A DNA stretch of 52,477 nt, from IMG/VR virus record IMGVR_UViG_3300031774_000023, positions 1 through 52,477 of that record. One strand, given 5' to 3'. The notes under the pieces were generated by a model. That model was not told the DNA's origin. It ran no database searches and was given only the letters and a program-made list of their open reading frames with translations. The translations under genes were made by a program, and so were the position numbers. Shown here one piece after another: positions 1-11,150 of the stretch (positions within the stretch are counted from its first letter, which is position 1; each line of letters begins with the position of its first letter). This stretch comes from a virus. Taxonomy: Duplodnaviria; Caudoviricetes.

Positions 1-2538
1 ATTTTCTGTAAATGTAACATCTCCACTTAAATCATAATCTACTGCACCACCAAATATAAACTTATCTAAACTTGTTATAGTTAAATCACCACTAGAATAA
101 GTAACATCTGATAGGTCATTTAATGCACCACCAAAGCTACTTGTACCAGCACCTATATAACTTCTTAAATTAGCACCTGTAACATATTTAACAACTCCAC
201 TATGCGACATTAAAAATTTATCTGTGTCGCTTCCAACTTCAGATATAGTTGCAATTGTTAATCCACTAGCACTAAGATTACCTAAATCATTATCAGCATC
301 CTCAAATACTATAGATGAACTAGCAGCACATTGAAATGTTATATCACTAGCAGTATTCATAGAAAAATTTCCATCAATATTAAATTGCATATGTGCTGTA
401 GAACCTCCACCATCCTCTACTGTAGTAAATGTAGTTGCACCATCTTCAAATGTTTTTATAGTAAAATAATCTAATGTATTAGCAGAACTAACTATTCTTA
501 TATCTGTAGAACCATCATCGGTATTAAGTAATAATCCTGTTTGAGAACCTGTATCTCCACCTGTAATTGTTAAATGGTATCCTACTTGTGTAGTATCTCC
601 TGTTTCTGTATCTCCTGTTAAAACTTCTTTTATACCTATATTGTCTATACCACTTGCAGCAGAATGACTACCTGCTTCTGCATTCATAGCTATATTAATA
701 CCATAACTATTTGTATTGCCGCCTGTTCCATTAGCTCCTGTGAAATCAAAATCTATATCTAAACCATAATTAGTAACTGTTTGACCTGCACTTGGATTTC
801 CTGAAAAATCTAAATCAATTTTTTGTCCATAATTAGAATGTGTTGTACTTGTAGATGAATCTTTATCAATAGTCAAAGTACCAGCCATTGTATCATCAGC
901 ATTATTTGTTACATAGTTAGTTGGTATTCCTGCAAGACTACCATTATTAGTTATAGCAACATCTTGCCCTGTGTCGTCTGTAAAGTATAGATTGTTAGGA
1001 GTATCATTCTTAACCCATATTTGACCTCTTGAAGTTATATCTGCTGCAGCTGATGCTTTTTCAGTAAAATATGTATGATTAGGAAAGTCTACTACACCAT
1101 TAGAATCAAAATTTATAACATCATCTCCATCGTATTGCATATTTTGGTCTGCATATAGTGAACTTCCTGCAACAAAAGAATGAGCAGTTAAAACTCCTGA
1201 GGTTGTATCATCTGCATTGTTTTTAAGAAAAGCATCATCTACATTAAATGTAGTGCCTGCTAAAGTTAAATTTGTTCCACCTGTATATGTTGTATTAGTA
1301 TCTGCAGTCATATCATCTACAACTAAATCTATAGTTCCATCTCCATCTTCATAGGTTGCTGAAATCCTTGTTTCAGTATTAGATGAGAACATAGCTCCAA
1401 CTATATCTTGAACTTCTTCTGTTGTTAGTTGTGTGTTCGCAGTCATATCATCAACTACAAGGTCTATCGTGCCATCTCCATCCTCGTATGTAGCACTAAT
1501 TCTTGTTTCTGTATTGCTTGTAAACATAGCTCCTACTATGTCTTGAACTTGTTCTGTTGTTAGTGTTGCAGTTATAAATCCTGATGAACTATTATCATAA
1601 TTTGATAAATCATTATCTACTACCAAATCTACAGTACCATCTCCATCTTGATAAGTAGCAGTTATGAGAGTCTCAGTATTACCACTAAACATAGCTCCCA
1701 CTTTATCCTGCACTTGCTCGTCAGTTAATTGAGTATCTGTATAAACACCACCTATCGCAGATTGCATTTCCCCTTGAGTAATTCCAGACTTTAAAGTTGG
1801 AGTGCCGCTATTATCATATATAGCTGAATTACCACTGTCCCCACTTACATTAGCATTTGCTCCATCTGCTACATTTAAGATTGCCAAAGCATCACTTTTA
1901 CTTAAAACTTCTACATCTCCCGTACTTGAAGTTGTCCTTCCTAAAAAGCTATCTGTAGCTATATGAGCAAGTTCTGCTAAAGCTACACCTTCATCTTTTA
2001 TAGTTACAGTACCTGATGATACTGCGAAATTATTAGAGCTAAATATAGCTATTCCTTTGTTAGATGTAGATGCATCTTCTCCTGATATAGTTACTTTATC
2101 TGTAGCTCCAGCTACCGTATCTATACCTTCTCCTCCTTCAATAGTCAAAGTATTTGTATTTGATATAGTCTGGCTAGAACCAGTATCTCCAGCTAAAGTA
2201 AATTCAGATGTACCACCTGCTACATAATTACTTGTGTGTATATTTGTAGAGCCTTGGTCAGTAGTCCAGTCAATATGCTCATTAGATACAAAATTAGTCA
2301 TAGAGTCGTGGTCAAATATTGGACTTTTCCAGCCTTCAGTACTTCTAACTTTAAATGTATATGTTTTGTCTGAATTCTTAATTATCTTGACATCACCAGT
2401 TTTTCCTTGTGAGTCTTCTATATTTGTTTCAGCGGGTGAGTTAACTGATTCAGATAAAAGGTTTAATTCCTTTTCTATTTCTTGAAGAGATTTTTGAACA
2501 TCTCCAAATGATAATATTTTAGTATTTATTCTAGCCAT
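1..2538 (-). CDS. Tail fibre / receptor-binding protein, N-terminal 846 codons (runs off the window edge; probably continues at 52476->51856)
   Basis: Absent from the ORF track because it has no stop in the window. ATG at 2538 overlaps the upstream TAA (TAATG). The segments I translated are open and Gly/Thr/Ser/Asp-rich (MARINTKILSFGDVQKSLQEIEKELN...EDASTSNKGIAIF...LSGDVTFTEN) with fibre-type repeats. Confidence 0.8.
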   Translation of the reverse strand, partial: MARINTKILSFGDVQKSLQEIEKELNLLSESVNSPAETNIEDSQGKTGDVKIIKNSDKTYTFKVRSTEGWKSPIFDHDSMTNFVSNEHIDWTTDQGSTNIHTSNYVAGGTSEFTLAGDTGSSQTISNTNTLTIEGGEGIDTVAGATDKVTISGEDASTSNKGIAIFSSNNFAVSSGTVTIKDEGVALAELAHIATDSFLGRTTSSTGDVEVLSKSDALAILNVADGANANVSGDSGNSAIYDNSGTPTLKSGITQGEMQSAIGGVYTDTQLTDEQVQDKVGAMFSGNTETLITATYQDGDGTVDLVVDNDLSNYDNSSSGFITATLTTEQVQDIVGAMFTSNTETRISATYEDGDGTIDLVVDDMTANTQLTTEEVQDIVGAMFSSNTETRISATYEDGDGTIDLVVDDMTADTNTTYTGGTNLTLAGTTFNVDDAFLKNNADDTTSGVLTAHSFVAGSSLYADQNMQYDGDDVINFDSNGVVDFPNHTYFTEKASAAADITSRGQIWVKNDTPNNLYFTDDTGQDVAITNNGSLAGIPTNYVTNNADDTMAGTLTIDKDSSTSTTHSNYGQKIDLDFSGNPSAGQTVTNYGLDIDFDFTGANGTGGNTNSYGINIAMNAEAGSHSAASGIDNIGIKEVLTGDTETGDTTQVGYHLTITGGDTGSQTGLLLNTDDGSTDIRIVSSANTLDYFTIKTFEDGATTFTTVEDGGGSTAHMQFNIDGNFSMNTASDITFQCAASSSIVFEDADNDLGNLSASGLTIATISEVGSDTDKFLMSHSGVVKYVTGANLRSYIGAGTSSFGGALNDLSDVTYSSGDLTITSLDKFIFGGAVDYDLSGDVTFTEN
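1303..1737 (-). repeat. Three tandem ~45-aa repeats in the tail fibre (LTxEQVQDIVGAMFxxNTETRISATYEDGDGTIDLVVDD)
   Basis: Manual translation. The last two copies have a 135-nt period, are near-identical in protein and differ at synonymous sites. Confidence 0.9.
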
Positions 2539-5500
2539 TACTTAGTGCTTTTTCTTCTAAATATTATACCAACAGAATCTAATGTATCTGTCATTTCTTC
2601 TAACTTAAATTGCATCCACCTTCCTTTTTTATTACTACCTGATAGCTTATAGTCAGAATGGTCGTTAGAAACAGCAGTATAGGTATTATCACTATCTGAT
2701 ATAGCTCCCTCACTTGTAACTACTAAGAGCTTATTACTACTTTCTTTATTGCTTCCAGATAAATTTAAGTTATTTGTTACTCCATTTAATTTAATCTTAT
2801 TAAATACTTTTACTATAGAATCTTCTCCCATAGTAATCTTTTTACTAACCCATGTCCAATATCTTTTAGATGAACCTCCTCTATACTGATATATAGTATT
2901 ATCGATAGGTATACAAACATTACTGTCAGTATCAATAAAAGGTTTGCCTATCGTAGAATCCTCTGATAATTCCCATAAATCCCATCTTTGTTTAGCTATA
3001 TTATAAGACCAACAAAATGATTTTCTAACAGATACTATATCTTTACTACTCAAAGTTCCTTTATTTATATTATCATTAGTTTGAGATATAAACAAAGCAC
3101 AATTAGAGTCAGAATCATAGGTTACATACACATTTGGATTGTTAGAACCTCTAACTAAATTATTCCAAGAAAGGTCTCTAACATTATCAGAGCATTCAAA
3201 TTCGCTGTAAAAGTCTGTATCAGTACCACCTGCTTGTGATATTTTATCAGATATTTTCATAGGAGCTTGACCATTATGCATATAGGCTCCATTTAAATCA
3301 GCGAAAAACATACCATATTCGGTGACAATTATACTATTTTGATTTATACATCCAACTCCTTCAAAAACATCCTCTATTGATAGGTTTTCGGGATTTATTC
3401 GGTATATATTACTATTGTCAAATGCATACAATCTTCCATTGAAATTAGCTAAAGCAGTAGGTTTTGACTTAAGGACTAAGAAATCGTTAGCATAATCAAA
3501 TATACTAAACATACCAGGTTTAGACCTGAATATCATATTTGAAGCTTTTTTAATTCTATTATGGCTGCAATCACCAACAAATAAATATCCAGATACTTCT
3601 TCAGATATTCCATATTTAATCTTTATAGTATCTAAAACCTCTGACAACCCTGTTCTAGCTTCATAAGTAGCTCCTAAAGTACCAGCATCCAATATTTGTC
3701 TAGAGTACTTACCTTCATCAAGAACCCATCCAGTATCTGTTCTTACCTGTTTAACTAAGCTATATAAATCATTAACACCGTTTCTTCTATATAGACAAAC
3801 ATGTGTTAATCTCTTACTGTGCTCTTTTAAAGTTATCGCAACATTCATCTTAGGATAAGTATCTATTTCTAGCTCTTTTTCCCATAAAGAGTTACTTAAA
3901 GGGCCTTCTTGATAGCCATCATATATTAAAGATATTTTATATTGATATTTTATATTTTTTTGGAAGTAATCACTAGAACCACTAGCCCCAGAGGGCTCTA
4001 TAGAAACATTCTCTTCTAAAGCGCTTAAATAAACATTTCCTTCTTCTGTAGTGTTTAAATCATTTCTAATTATATTACTTTTAGAATTACCTCTATCCCA
4101 ATTGTTTAAACCACTTCTTAGTTCTCCTATTCTGCCTTTACCACTTGTTTCAGCTACTATTAATTCCCATTGATTAGTATATGCTGTTCCACTTGAATTA
4201 GTAGAATCAGTATTTGTAATATCAAAAGTAGTAGTTCCATTATCAGCTTTGATTATATAATTACCATCCTGGTCTGCATCTCCACTGTCAAATGTTACAC
4301 TATCTCCAACATCAAATAAATGATTAGCAGATGCAGTTAAGGTTATATCATCAGAGTTATCTGCAACTGAACTTATTGTAGCTGTTTTAGCTTTTCTTGT
4401 ATCAAGACCGCCAAATGTAGACTTTATGATAGGATTGCTTGATTGTATATATAAAGGGTTAGATATAGAATTTATTTCTTCTTTATTAATTTCAGATATA
4501 GTCTTTAAAAGAGCTGTAGAAGAGGCTAATCCAGAGCCTGTAGTAGTATAAGTAAAGGTCTTAGGACCAGTTACTGTTATAGAGTAAACACCTTCATAAC
4601 CTTCTACTATATCAGTACCAGCATGACCAGTATTATAAATATAAACTTTATCATTTGTAGATAAATTATGATTATAACCCCTAGTGCCTGTAGCTGTAGT
4701 ACCAGAAGAAGTTAATTCTATAGCTACGCTATTATTAAAATTAGATTGTAATTTATATATATCTTTATCGATTATAGGGTCTGTCATACCAAGAGTTCCT
4801 ATGCCATAAGATTCCTGAATAGTATTACCAACTTTTCCTCCTAATAATTTAACTGGTGCAGTTGCAGCGACATGAGGAGAAGTTATATATATTCTATCAC
4901 CTTCAGCAGGTTCATGACCAAAAGGATAGTTAACAAATACATAAATATCATCGCTATCAGCTGCTGAAACTCCTGCTTGTATAGTTTTACTCCAAACTAT
5001 TTGTCTTGTTTGTTGAATATTTGTAGCATTATCTACAACAGTTATGCACATTCCTGAAAAAGCATTTATATTTCTCCATTTTGAATCTGATTTAAATAAG
5101 TCATTATTTAAGAAGAATTCTGTGCCTGCTCCTGGTAATATAATATAAGGATGCAAATGAGCAGAAGGATAATCATTACTATCTACATGAACATAAGGAG
5201 TCGCTGGTAATGTAGCTGTTAAATAAACATCCCACGCCTCTGCTTGAGCAGTTTGACTTTCTATTCCAGGGCTAGTATAGTTAAAACTACCATCATCTTT
5301 TAGAGAACCTAAACAACTTCCTTTATCTGGGAAAACATCGTTTAAATCACATATATAAATAGATGAATATATCTGACCATCAGAGCTTTCATCTTCTTGG
5401 GGACAGGATATAAATAACCTACTTGCAAAATTATTATTAGTAGCTGTATTATTAACATGGTAGTGTAAATTAGAGCCATTTTTTACATGATAATTAGCAT

Positions 5501-8500
5501 CGCAATAAGAAGGCATATCAACAGATATGTTATTTCCTATTATTAAATCTTCAAATGTATTATCATGTGTATCAAAAGGTCTAAGCATAACGCCAGCTCT
5601 ATAGTTTAATTTATCAAGTTTGTTTATAAATCCTGGGTATAAACCATCTGTTAAGCCTGTATCTTTTCCTAGACCTGTAAATGTAGGAGTTGTATAAAAT
5701 GTTTTAACATAGTTTCCTGGATAAGTAAGAGGCGTAACATTTTCTTCGTCATAAATCACATCCGTAAAAACACTACCATTATCAGGATTTTCAGTATCAA
5801 AAGCCCAATGATAAGCCTGGCTATTAGTTTCAGGAAAAATAGAACCACAATTACCTTGCCCTGAAAAAGCTGTATCATTATGTTGCTTAGCTAAAGTCAT
5901 TGGATATATAACTGCGTCATGAACACTTGCATTAAATAAAACTGGAACAACAAATTCATCACTATCAATAATTTTAACAATATAAGTTGCTCCATAATTA
6001 GCATCATCTATATAAATAGGGTCACCTGCTTGAAGATTAGCTGTTGTTTCGCCAGATACTAATTGAATTTTTGTTGCTTTATCAGTAGAAACACCACTGT
6101 CTGGTATATCATATGCTGCAGAACCACTAGCATGAGCAGTTAAACTACTCTCCATTTGCATATCTCCAAAATGAACATCAGGACAGATAGCTATAAATTT
6201 TTCAAATTGAATTAATTCTGGAGTATCTTGAGCATGACCGCCTTCAAAAGTGGGGCTATCCATGTGACTTGCAGCAGCTTGTTGAAAATATTCACTATTA
6301 TTTTTAAAGCATACGCCATGATTTCTTATCCAAGGAATGTCAGAGCCTCCAATTATTCCAACACAATGAGCTGTAATTCTTCTGTGCTTTTCACCATAAG
6401 GTCCCATTTTTCTATTATCAACAGTATCAGGCAGTGTAGTTGTACTAGGCATAATTATACCAGTTCCATCTATAACTCCATCTTTGTCGTTATCTGACAT
6501 AGGAAAAAGACCATATTTAGCTATCTTTATTTGGGGGAGTTTTGGAACCCAGCTTCCTTGTGAATTTTCAATAATCATTTCTTTTTCCATGTAAAAACCA
6601 ACATTATATCCAAAATTATATCTACTATAATAATTTCCTTCTAATCCTCCTTCTAAATCATCTAAAATAGATATTTCATTAGGAGGAAAATTTAAAGGTT
6701 GTATTTTTCTAATTTTTCTTATTCCAGTAATATCATTATAATCTATTTCATAAAGTTTATTAACAGGAAGATTAGCTGATGGATAGCCTTTAAACACAGG
6801 CTGGTCTCCTCCGAATTCATTTTCAAATTCTACACTCATATCTGCTTCTGCAGAAGTTAAAGGAGGAGTTCTGTCAGCCATAAATAAAGTATCCCCACCA
6901 TCAGTATTTGTTTCATTTGTCAAACCACAAAACAGAAATCTATCACCTGATGTAAATGATTCGTCATCTCCATGATGAGATTGAACCCATAATCTTGTAT
7001 CAAAGTGGTCAGGTTCATTATGATTACTATTAGTAGCTGCATGAACAAATAATTCATTAGGACCTTTTGTTTCAACTATATCGCTAAGTTTCCCTGCATA
7101 AGATATTGTAGGGCTAGTTTCATCTGCAGTACCTCCAAATATACCAACTCCACTAGCAATATCTCCGTCTGTTCTTTCGTTACTCCATTTAAAAGATTTA
7201 AAAGCTAATGTCATAGGTCCATATTCTGTTGTATAAGAAGACTGCCATTCATCATATTTTAACTGAACATCTACAACTAATACAGAATCACTATTTGCAG
7301 ATAAAGCATATATTCTGCCTCCATTAGTAGCAGCTGTCCCACTTGATGCTTCTTTAGCATAATATGTGCATATAGATTGCACAGGTATTGATAAAGGTTG
7401 ACTTCTTTCTATAGTTCCTGCAACATAGTCTGTATCTACACTTAAATCTGATTTAATTCTTGAATCTGGAGTTATTCTATATATAGAGTTTTCACCTTCT
7501 TTGCAAGCGTAGTAATAATAAGGCCTATAACATATCTTGCCTTCATTACCGTCTCTATCACCATCGGTTTGTAAAAAGTTATTATTAGAAGGATTTTTAT
7601 CAAGCTGAGTTCTTCTTTTGCATACAACAGAATTAGCATCAGGAATACTAGTAACTACCCAAACTCCTTCTCCTTCCCATGTATGACTAGCATCTCCCCA
7701 TTCTCTAATAACTATATTATCCCCAACATTCATAGAATGTGCTGTATGGGTAATATCTAAAGTTGAAGCACTATTATCCCAATCAGCTCTTAAATATTCA
7801 TGCTCTCCAGCTAAGCATATTTTAGTAAAAGAAGAGGCGCTTATTTTATCATAATTATGAACAGTATCTTCATCTTGATATAATACATTTGTATTATCTA
7901 TACCAAATAACTTGTGATTCAAATAACCAACCCACTGAGGAGGAGAATCTGTATTACCACCTCCAAAACCTATATGGACCTCCCTATTTCTAGAAACCAT
8001 AGATACATTTCCAGATGAATAAATAGTAGTTGCAGCTAAGTCAGATGACAGAATGTTAGAATTAGTTGTATGAGTATTAGGATTACCTTTGCTTGAAAAA
8101 CCAGTTATAACGCTTATACTCTTTTTTATATTATCGTATATTACTAAATCTTGAGAACCTGAATTATTTATTTGACCAGTAATGCTTACTTTTGATTCAT
8201 CCTGAACATAAGGATATATCAAAGTATCTTCATTTAAAGTAATTACATCTATCAATACATTACTAGCTTCTTTTCCTCTTGAAGAAAGCTCTATTTTTAA
8301 ATCAGTAGTTATACTTACATTTGAAGGTATTGTAAATTTAAGAACAAACTTTCTCCACTTATCATCTAATTTATTTGAATTACCTGCACTATCTGAATAT
8401 GCATTATCTAAAGACTCAAATCCAATCCATCTATCTTCTTGTGATATTGTTTTATTGTGAATATTTTCAATTCCATTTTTAATATCATTATTAGCAGCAA

Positions 8501-10298
8501 TCCATTCACCATCTGATGAGATATAACCTCCGTTTATAGATAAAGCTAAAGCTCCTCTTGCTCCTGCTAAAGTAGAACCACTAGATGTGTTTCCTTTTGC
8601 ATAAAAAGATAGCTTATAACTTTGTCCTGATTTTATATTATCTTTAGGTATACTTTGAGTTATTAAATGATTTTTACATTTTTGAGGGTAAACACTTCCA
8701 CTAGCTGTTATTGCAACAGGAGTTGTGCCAAATATTCCTCTTTGAACATTAACTATGTTTGAATCAATAGACAAAACTTTCATATATTCTGTAGCAGCAT
8801 CAAGCGCACTATCCCCATCTGCAATAAAAGCTATTATATCTCCTGATGAAAAATAAGTTTCCATACTCCTGTTAAATTGTAATTTATTATCATTTGGGTC
8901 ACTAGTTATACTGGTAGTTAAAGCTTTTGATATTGCAGCGTATTCAGATGTTAATATAATAAAAGGAACTCCAGACTGAAAAGGATAATAAAAAGCAGAA
9001 GCATCAGCAGTTTCCCAGGGCTGTGTTTCATCCCATAAACCTCCACTTATACCGCCTGTTATTGCAACCTTTGTGCTTGTTTGGTTTGAATAAGAATTAT
9101 TAGTTATGGCTTGATGAAGCCAATCATTAACTTTATAGTTTGAGCTTGCTCCTGGAGTAATTGTATTATCTGAAACTATATGAAAAAAAGAGTAATTTTT
9201 AATCATATTACATTCAGTATAAACAGTATCAGAACTCTCTGTTTCTTGCACTGGAGCTGTATCTACAGTTAAAGTAGTATCTCCTCCAGATTCTACCTTT
9301 TTTAATATTTTAAAACTTTTACCATTATTTGAAGAAGCTGCCGAATGATACATTGTAATAGTATCTCCTTCATTAAAACTTAAAGAAGTTACATTGGCAA
9401 ATGTAATTGTTTTATCTGTAGCATTGTAAGATATTGTTTGACTAGCATTAGAGGTAATTATTTTTCCATTTTTCTTTACCTCTCCAGACGAACACTTTGT
9501 CATGTATTGACCATGTCCACCAATATTATTACCAGAATAATCACTCCAACCAGTAAGTAAACAAGTACCCATATTAGTTCTAGCTTGACTACCACTTGCA
9601 ACAGCAGTAATTCTATTCATGTAAAATTCATATTCAGTATCAGTAGCTAATGTTGTAGTTTGTGTTCCAAAGCATCTTCTTTTTATATATATATTATTAT
9701 TAACAGTATCAATACTTAGAACTTTCATTATTTCAAAACCTGCTCTACCTGTAAAAGAAGAGCCTGATGCACAAAAAGATATATAATCATTTTCCTGTAT
9801 ATTGGCTACTTTAACAAAATCATCTGAACCACTAGACATATCATTACCAGTAGCATGGTATGGAATAACTCCATCATCTTTGCCTAAAGCAGAAGTAGGT
9901 TGAAAAGTTAAAGCTGATACTCTTTCAAAATGAGGCTCTATTTCCCTTATTAATAAAGTCTCTATAATACCTTTAGTTCCCATAAACCTAATTCTAGATG
10001 TAGATTTATCTTGAAAAATACTAATGTCATCAAGTCTAATTCTAGAGAAATTAGCTCCAGAGCTATCTTCACTATTTAAATCTAAAGAACCCCAAGTAAC
10101 AGCATCATCCATTGTTGTAAAATTATCATTAGATACATATAAAAGTTTATCTGTTTTTATAGCATCTAATATTCCATTTTCTGAGTTTGGATTTATATTT
10201 AAAGAAAAAGAAGGAGTATCTGCAGGTATATCTCTTTCAGATATATTAGATACTGTTCCAGAAGTAAAATTCTTTATTTCCTTTAATTGTCTAGGCAT
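2538..10298 (-). CDS. Giant tail structural protein (P22 gp10 / tail-tubular-B-like nozzle) with large inserted beta-rich domains
   Basis: 2586 aa. The N-terminus (IKNFTSG...RDIP...SLNINP) and C-terminus (GVGCINQNSII...GMFFADLNGAY...KISDKI...GRWMQFKL) resemble podovirus nozzle/stabilisation proteins. Position in the tail module. Confidence 0.7.
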   Translation of the reverse strand: MPRQLKEIKNFTSGTVSNISERDIPADTPSFSLNINPNSENGILDAIKTDKLLYVSNDNFTTMDDAVTWGSLDLNSEDSSGANFSRIRLDDISIFQDKSTSRIRFMGTKGIIETLLIREIEPHFERVSALTFQPTSALGKDDGVIPYHATGNDMSSGSDDFVKVANIQENDYISFCASGSSFTGRAGFEIMKVLSIDTVNNNIYIKRRCFGTQTTTLATDTEYEFYMNRITAVASGSQARTNMGTCLLTGWSDYSGNNIGGHGQYMTKCSSGEVKKNGKIITSNASQTISYNATDKTITFANVTSLSFNEGDTITMYHSAASSNNGKSFKILKKVESGGDTTLTVDTAPVQETESSDTVYTECNMIKNYSFFHIVSDNTITPGASSNYKVNDWLHQAITNNSYSNQTSTKVAITGGISGGLWDETQPWETADASAFYYPFQSGVPFIILTSEYAAISKALTTSITSDPNDNKLQFNRSMETYFSSGDIIAFIADGDSALDAATEYMKVLSIDSNIVNVQRGIFGTTPVAITASGSVYPQKCKNHLITQSIPKDNIKSGQSYKLSFYAKGNTSSGSTLAGARGALALSINGGYISSDGEWIAANNDIKNGIENIHNKTISQEDRWIGFESLDNAYSDSAGNSNKLDDKWRKFVLKFTIPSNVSITTDLKIELSSRGKEASNVLIDVITLNEDTLIYPYVQDESKVSITGQINNSGSQDLVIYDNIKKSISVITGFSSKGNPNTHTTNSNILSSDLAATTIYSSGNVSMVSRNREVHIGFGGGNTDSPPQWVGYLNHKLFGIDNTNVLYQDEDTVHNYDKISASSFTKICLAGEHEYLRADWDNSASTLDITHTAHSMNVGDNIVIREWGDASHTWEGEGVWVVTSIPDANSVVCKRRTQLDKNPSNNNFLQTDGDRDGNEGKICYRPYYYYACKEGENSIYRITPDSRIKSDLSVDTDYVAGTIERSQPLSIPVQSICTYYAKEASSGTAATNGGRIYALSANSDSVLVVDVQLKYDEWQSSYTTEYGPMTLAFKSFKWSNERTDGDIASGVGIFGGTADETSPTISYAGKLSDIVETKGPNELFVHAATNSNHNEPDHFDTRLWVQSHHGDDESFTSGDRFLFCGLTNETNTDGGDTLFMADRTPPLTSAEADMSVEFENEFGGDQPVFKGYPSANLPVNKLYEIDYNDITGIRKIRKIQPLNFPPNEISILDDLEGGLEGNYYSRYNFGYNVGFYMEKEMIIENSQGSWVPKLPQIKIAKYGLFPMSDNDKDGVIDGTGIIMPSTTTLPDTVDNRKMGPYGEKHRRITAHCVGIIGGSDIPWIRNHGVCFKNNSEYFQQAAASHMDSPTFEGGHAQDTPELIQFEKFIAICPDVHFGDMQMESSLTAHASGSAAYDIPDSGVSTDKATKIQLVSGETTANLQAGDPIYIDDANYGATYIVKIIDSDEFVVPVLFNASVHDAVIYPMTLAKQHNDTAFSGQGNCGSIFPETNSQAYHWAFDTENPDNGSVFTDVIYDEENVTPLTYPGNYVKTFYTTPTFTGLGKDTGLTDGLYPGFINKLDKLNYRAGVMLRPFDTHDNTFEDLIIGNNISVDMPSYCDANYHVKNGSNLHYHVNNTATNNNFASRLFISCPQEDESSDGQIYSSIYICDLNDVFPDKGSCLGSLKDDGSFNYTSPGIESQTAQAEAWDVYLTATLPATPYVHVDSNDYPSAHLHPYIILPGAGTEFFLNNDLFKSDSKWRNINAFSGMCITVVDNATNIQQTRQIVWSKTIQAGVSAADSDDIYVFVNYPFGHEPAEGDRIYITSPHVAATAPVKLLGGKVGNTIQESYGIGTLGMTDPIIDKDIYKLQSNFNNSVAIELTSSGTTATGTRGYNHNLSTNDKVYIYNTGHAGTDIVEGYEGVYSITVTGPKTFTYTTTGSGLASSTALLKTISEINKEEINSISNPLYIQSSNPIIKSTFGGLDTRKAKTATISSVADNSDDITLTASANHLFDVGDSVTFDSGDADQDGNYIIKADNGTTTFDITNTDSTNSSGTAYTNQWELIVAETSGKGRIGELRSGLNNWDRGNSKSNIIRNDLNTTEEGNVYLSALEENVSIEPSGASGSSDYFQKNIKYQYKISLIYDGYQEGPLSNSLWEKELEIDTYPKMNVAITLKEHSKRLTHVCLYRRNGVNDLYSLVKQVRTDTGWVLDEGKYSRQILDAGTLGATYEARTGLSEVLDTIKIKYGISEEVSGYLFVGDCSHNRIKKASNMIFRSKPGMFSIFDYANDFLVLKSKPTALANFNGRLYAFDNSNIYRINPENLSIEDVFEGVGCINQNSIIVTEYGMFFADLNGAYMHNGQAPMKISDKISQAGGTDTDFYSEFECSDNVRDLSWNNLVRGSNNPNVYVTYDSDSNCALFISQTNDNINKGTLSSKDIVSVRKSFCWSYNIAKQRWDLWELSEDSTIGKPFIDTDSNVCIPIDNTIYQYRGGSSKRYWTWVSKKITMGEDSIVKVFNKIKLNGVTNNLNLSGSNKESSNKLLVVTSEGAISDSDNTYTAVSNDHSDYKLSGSNKKGRWMQFKLEEMTDTLDSVGIIFRRKSTK

Positions 10299-10367
10299 TT
10301 AGCTCCATTCCACTTTCTGAGAAGATGTCCAATAATCTTCTGGTATTGTTATGTTATATATTTCCAT
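10299..10367 (-). CDS. Possible 22-aa peptide (MEIYNITIPEDYWTSSQKVEWS)
   Basis: Fills the gap exactly; its stop abuts the ATG of the giant tail gene. Confidence 0.3.
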   Translation of the reverse strand: MEIYNITIPEDYWTSSQKVEWS

Positions 10368-11136
10368 CTAGCAATTTCCCCCATACTGTTGTTCTACCGT
10401 CTATTATTTGCACTATATCTACAGTAAATCTCCCTCCGTAATAATAATCTACTATAGCAAATGCATGTGCCCACTTATGTTGTCTGCCTCCTAACCACTG
10501 ATTCTTCTCAGCAGACATATCCTTTAAACATCCAAGTGACCAGGCAGACTTAGGTCCATCCATAAAAGTCACACTATCTTGTTGCAGGGAATGATGATGA
10601 CCATACATTATATTGGCACCTAGTTTCCTAAGATGATTCGCTGCGTGGTATTGACCACCAAAATGGTGCCCGTGATAAAAATAGAGCTTTCCTATTTTAA
10701 GATACTTCCCAGGTGGGTGATACTTGTATCCTCTCTCTTTGAATCTACATACTTTCTCAAAGCGATAGTCTAGATAAGGATGCTCCTCTACGAATCTATC
10801 TAACCATTCATCATGATTCCCTGCACATATGTGTCTTTCTTTACAATTCACTTTATCCAAAGATTCATCTATTATGTCAAGTAACTCATTAACGCCTTTT
10901 ATATCTTCATCAACTTTAGGCATTATGTACTCTAAAGGTGGTTTTTTCTTACGTTTCCATTGCCAGTGAGATACACTACCAAACTCACCTAAATCGCCCA
11001 AATCTACGTATATTTCGGGCTTTACAAGCTCTATTGCTTGTTTAACTACATTTATTGCCGCCTTATCGTGTATAGGCGCGTGTTTATCTGGAGTGATGAT
11101 TGCTCTTTTAATCACCCCTTTTTTAGTTTTCTTCAT
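10354..11136 (-). CDS. Calcineurin-like metallophosphoesterase
   Basis: Motifs DKH, GDLGE, GNHD, HGH and GHHH in canonical order. Confidence 0.85.
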   Translation of the reverse strand: MKKTKKGVIKRAIITPDKHAPIHDKAAINVVKQAIELVKPEIYVDLGDLGEFGSVSHWQWKRKKKPPLEYIMPKVDEDIKGVNELLDIIDESLDKVNCKERHICAGNHDEWLDRFVEEHPYLDYRFEKVCRFKERGYKYHPPGKYLKIGKLYFYHGHHFGGQYHAANHLRKLGANIMYGHHHSLQQDSVTFMDGPKSAWSLGCLKDMSAEKNQWLGGRQHKWAHAFAIVDYYYGGRFTVDIVQIIDGRTTVWGKLLDGNI

Positions 11137-11150
11137 TTATCAAAAAACTC

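Noticed and set aside
1303-1737. Possible diversity-generating retroelement TR/VR pair
   Set aside because: Differences are mostly synonymous and not adenine-specific, the repeats are in-frame and tandem, and no reverse transcriptase was seen.
4290-7745. H.L..GD.V.I modules in the tail protein, of a type often auto-annotated as 'ubiquitin-activating enzyme E1 FCCH domain'
   Set aside because: These are common beta modules of phage structural proteins; there is no evidence they are linked to the Ubl cassette.
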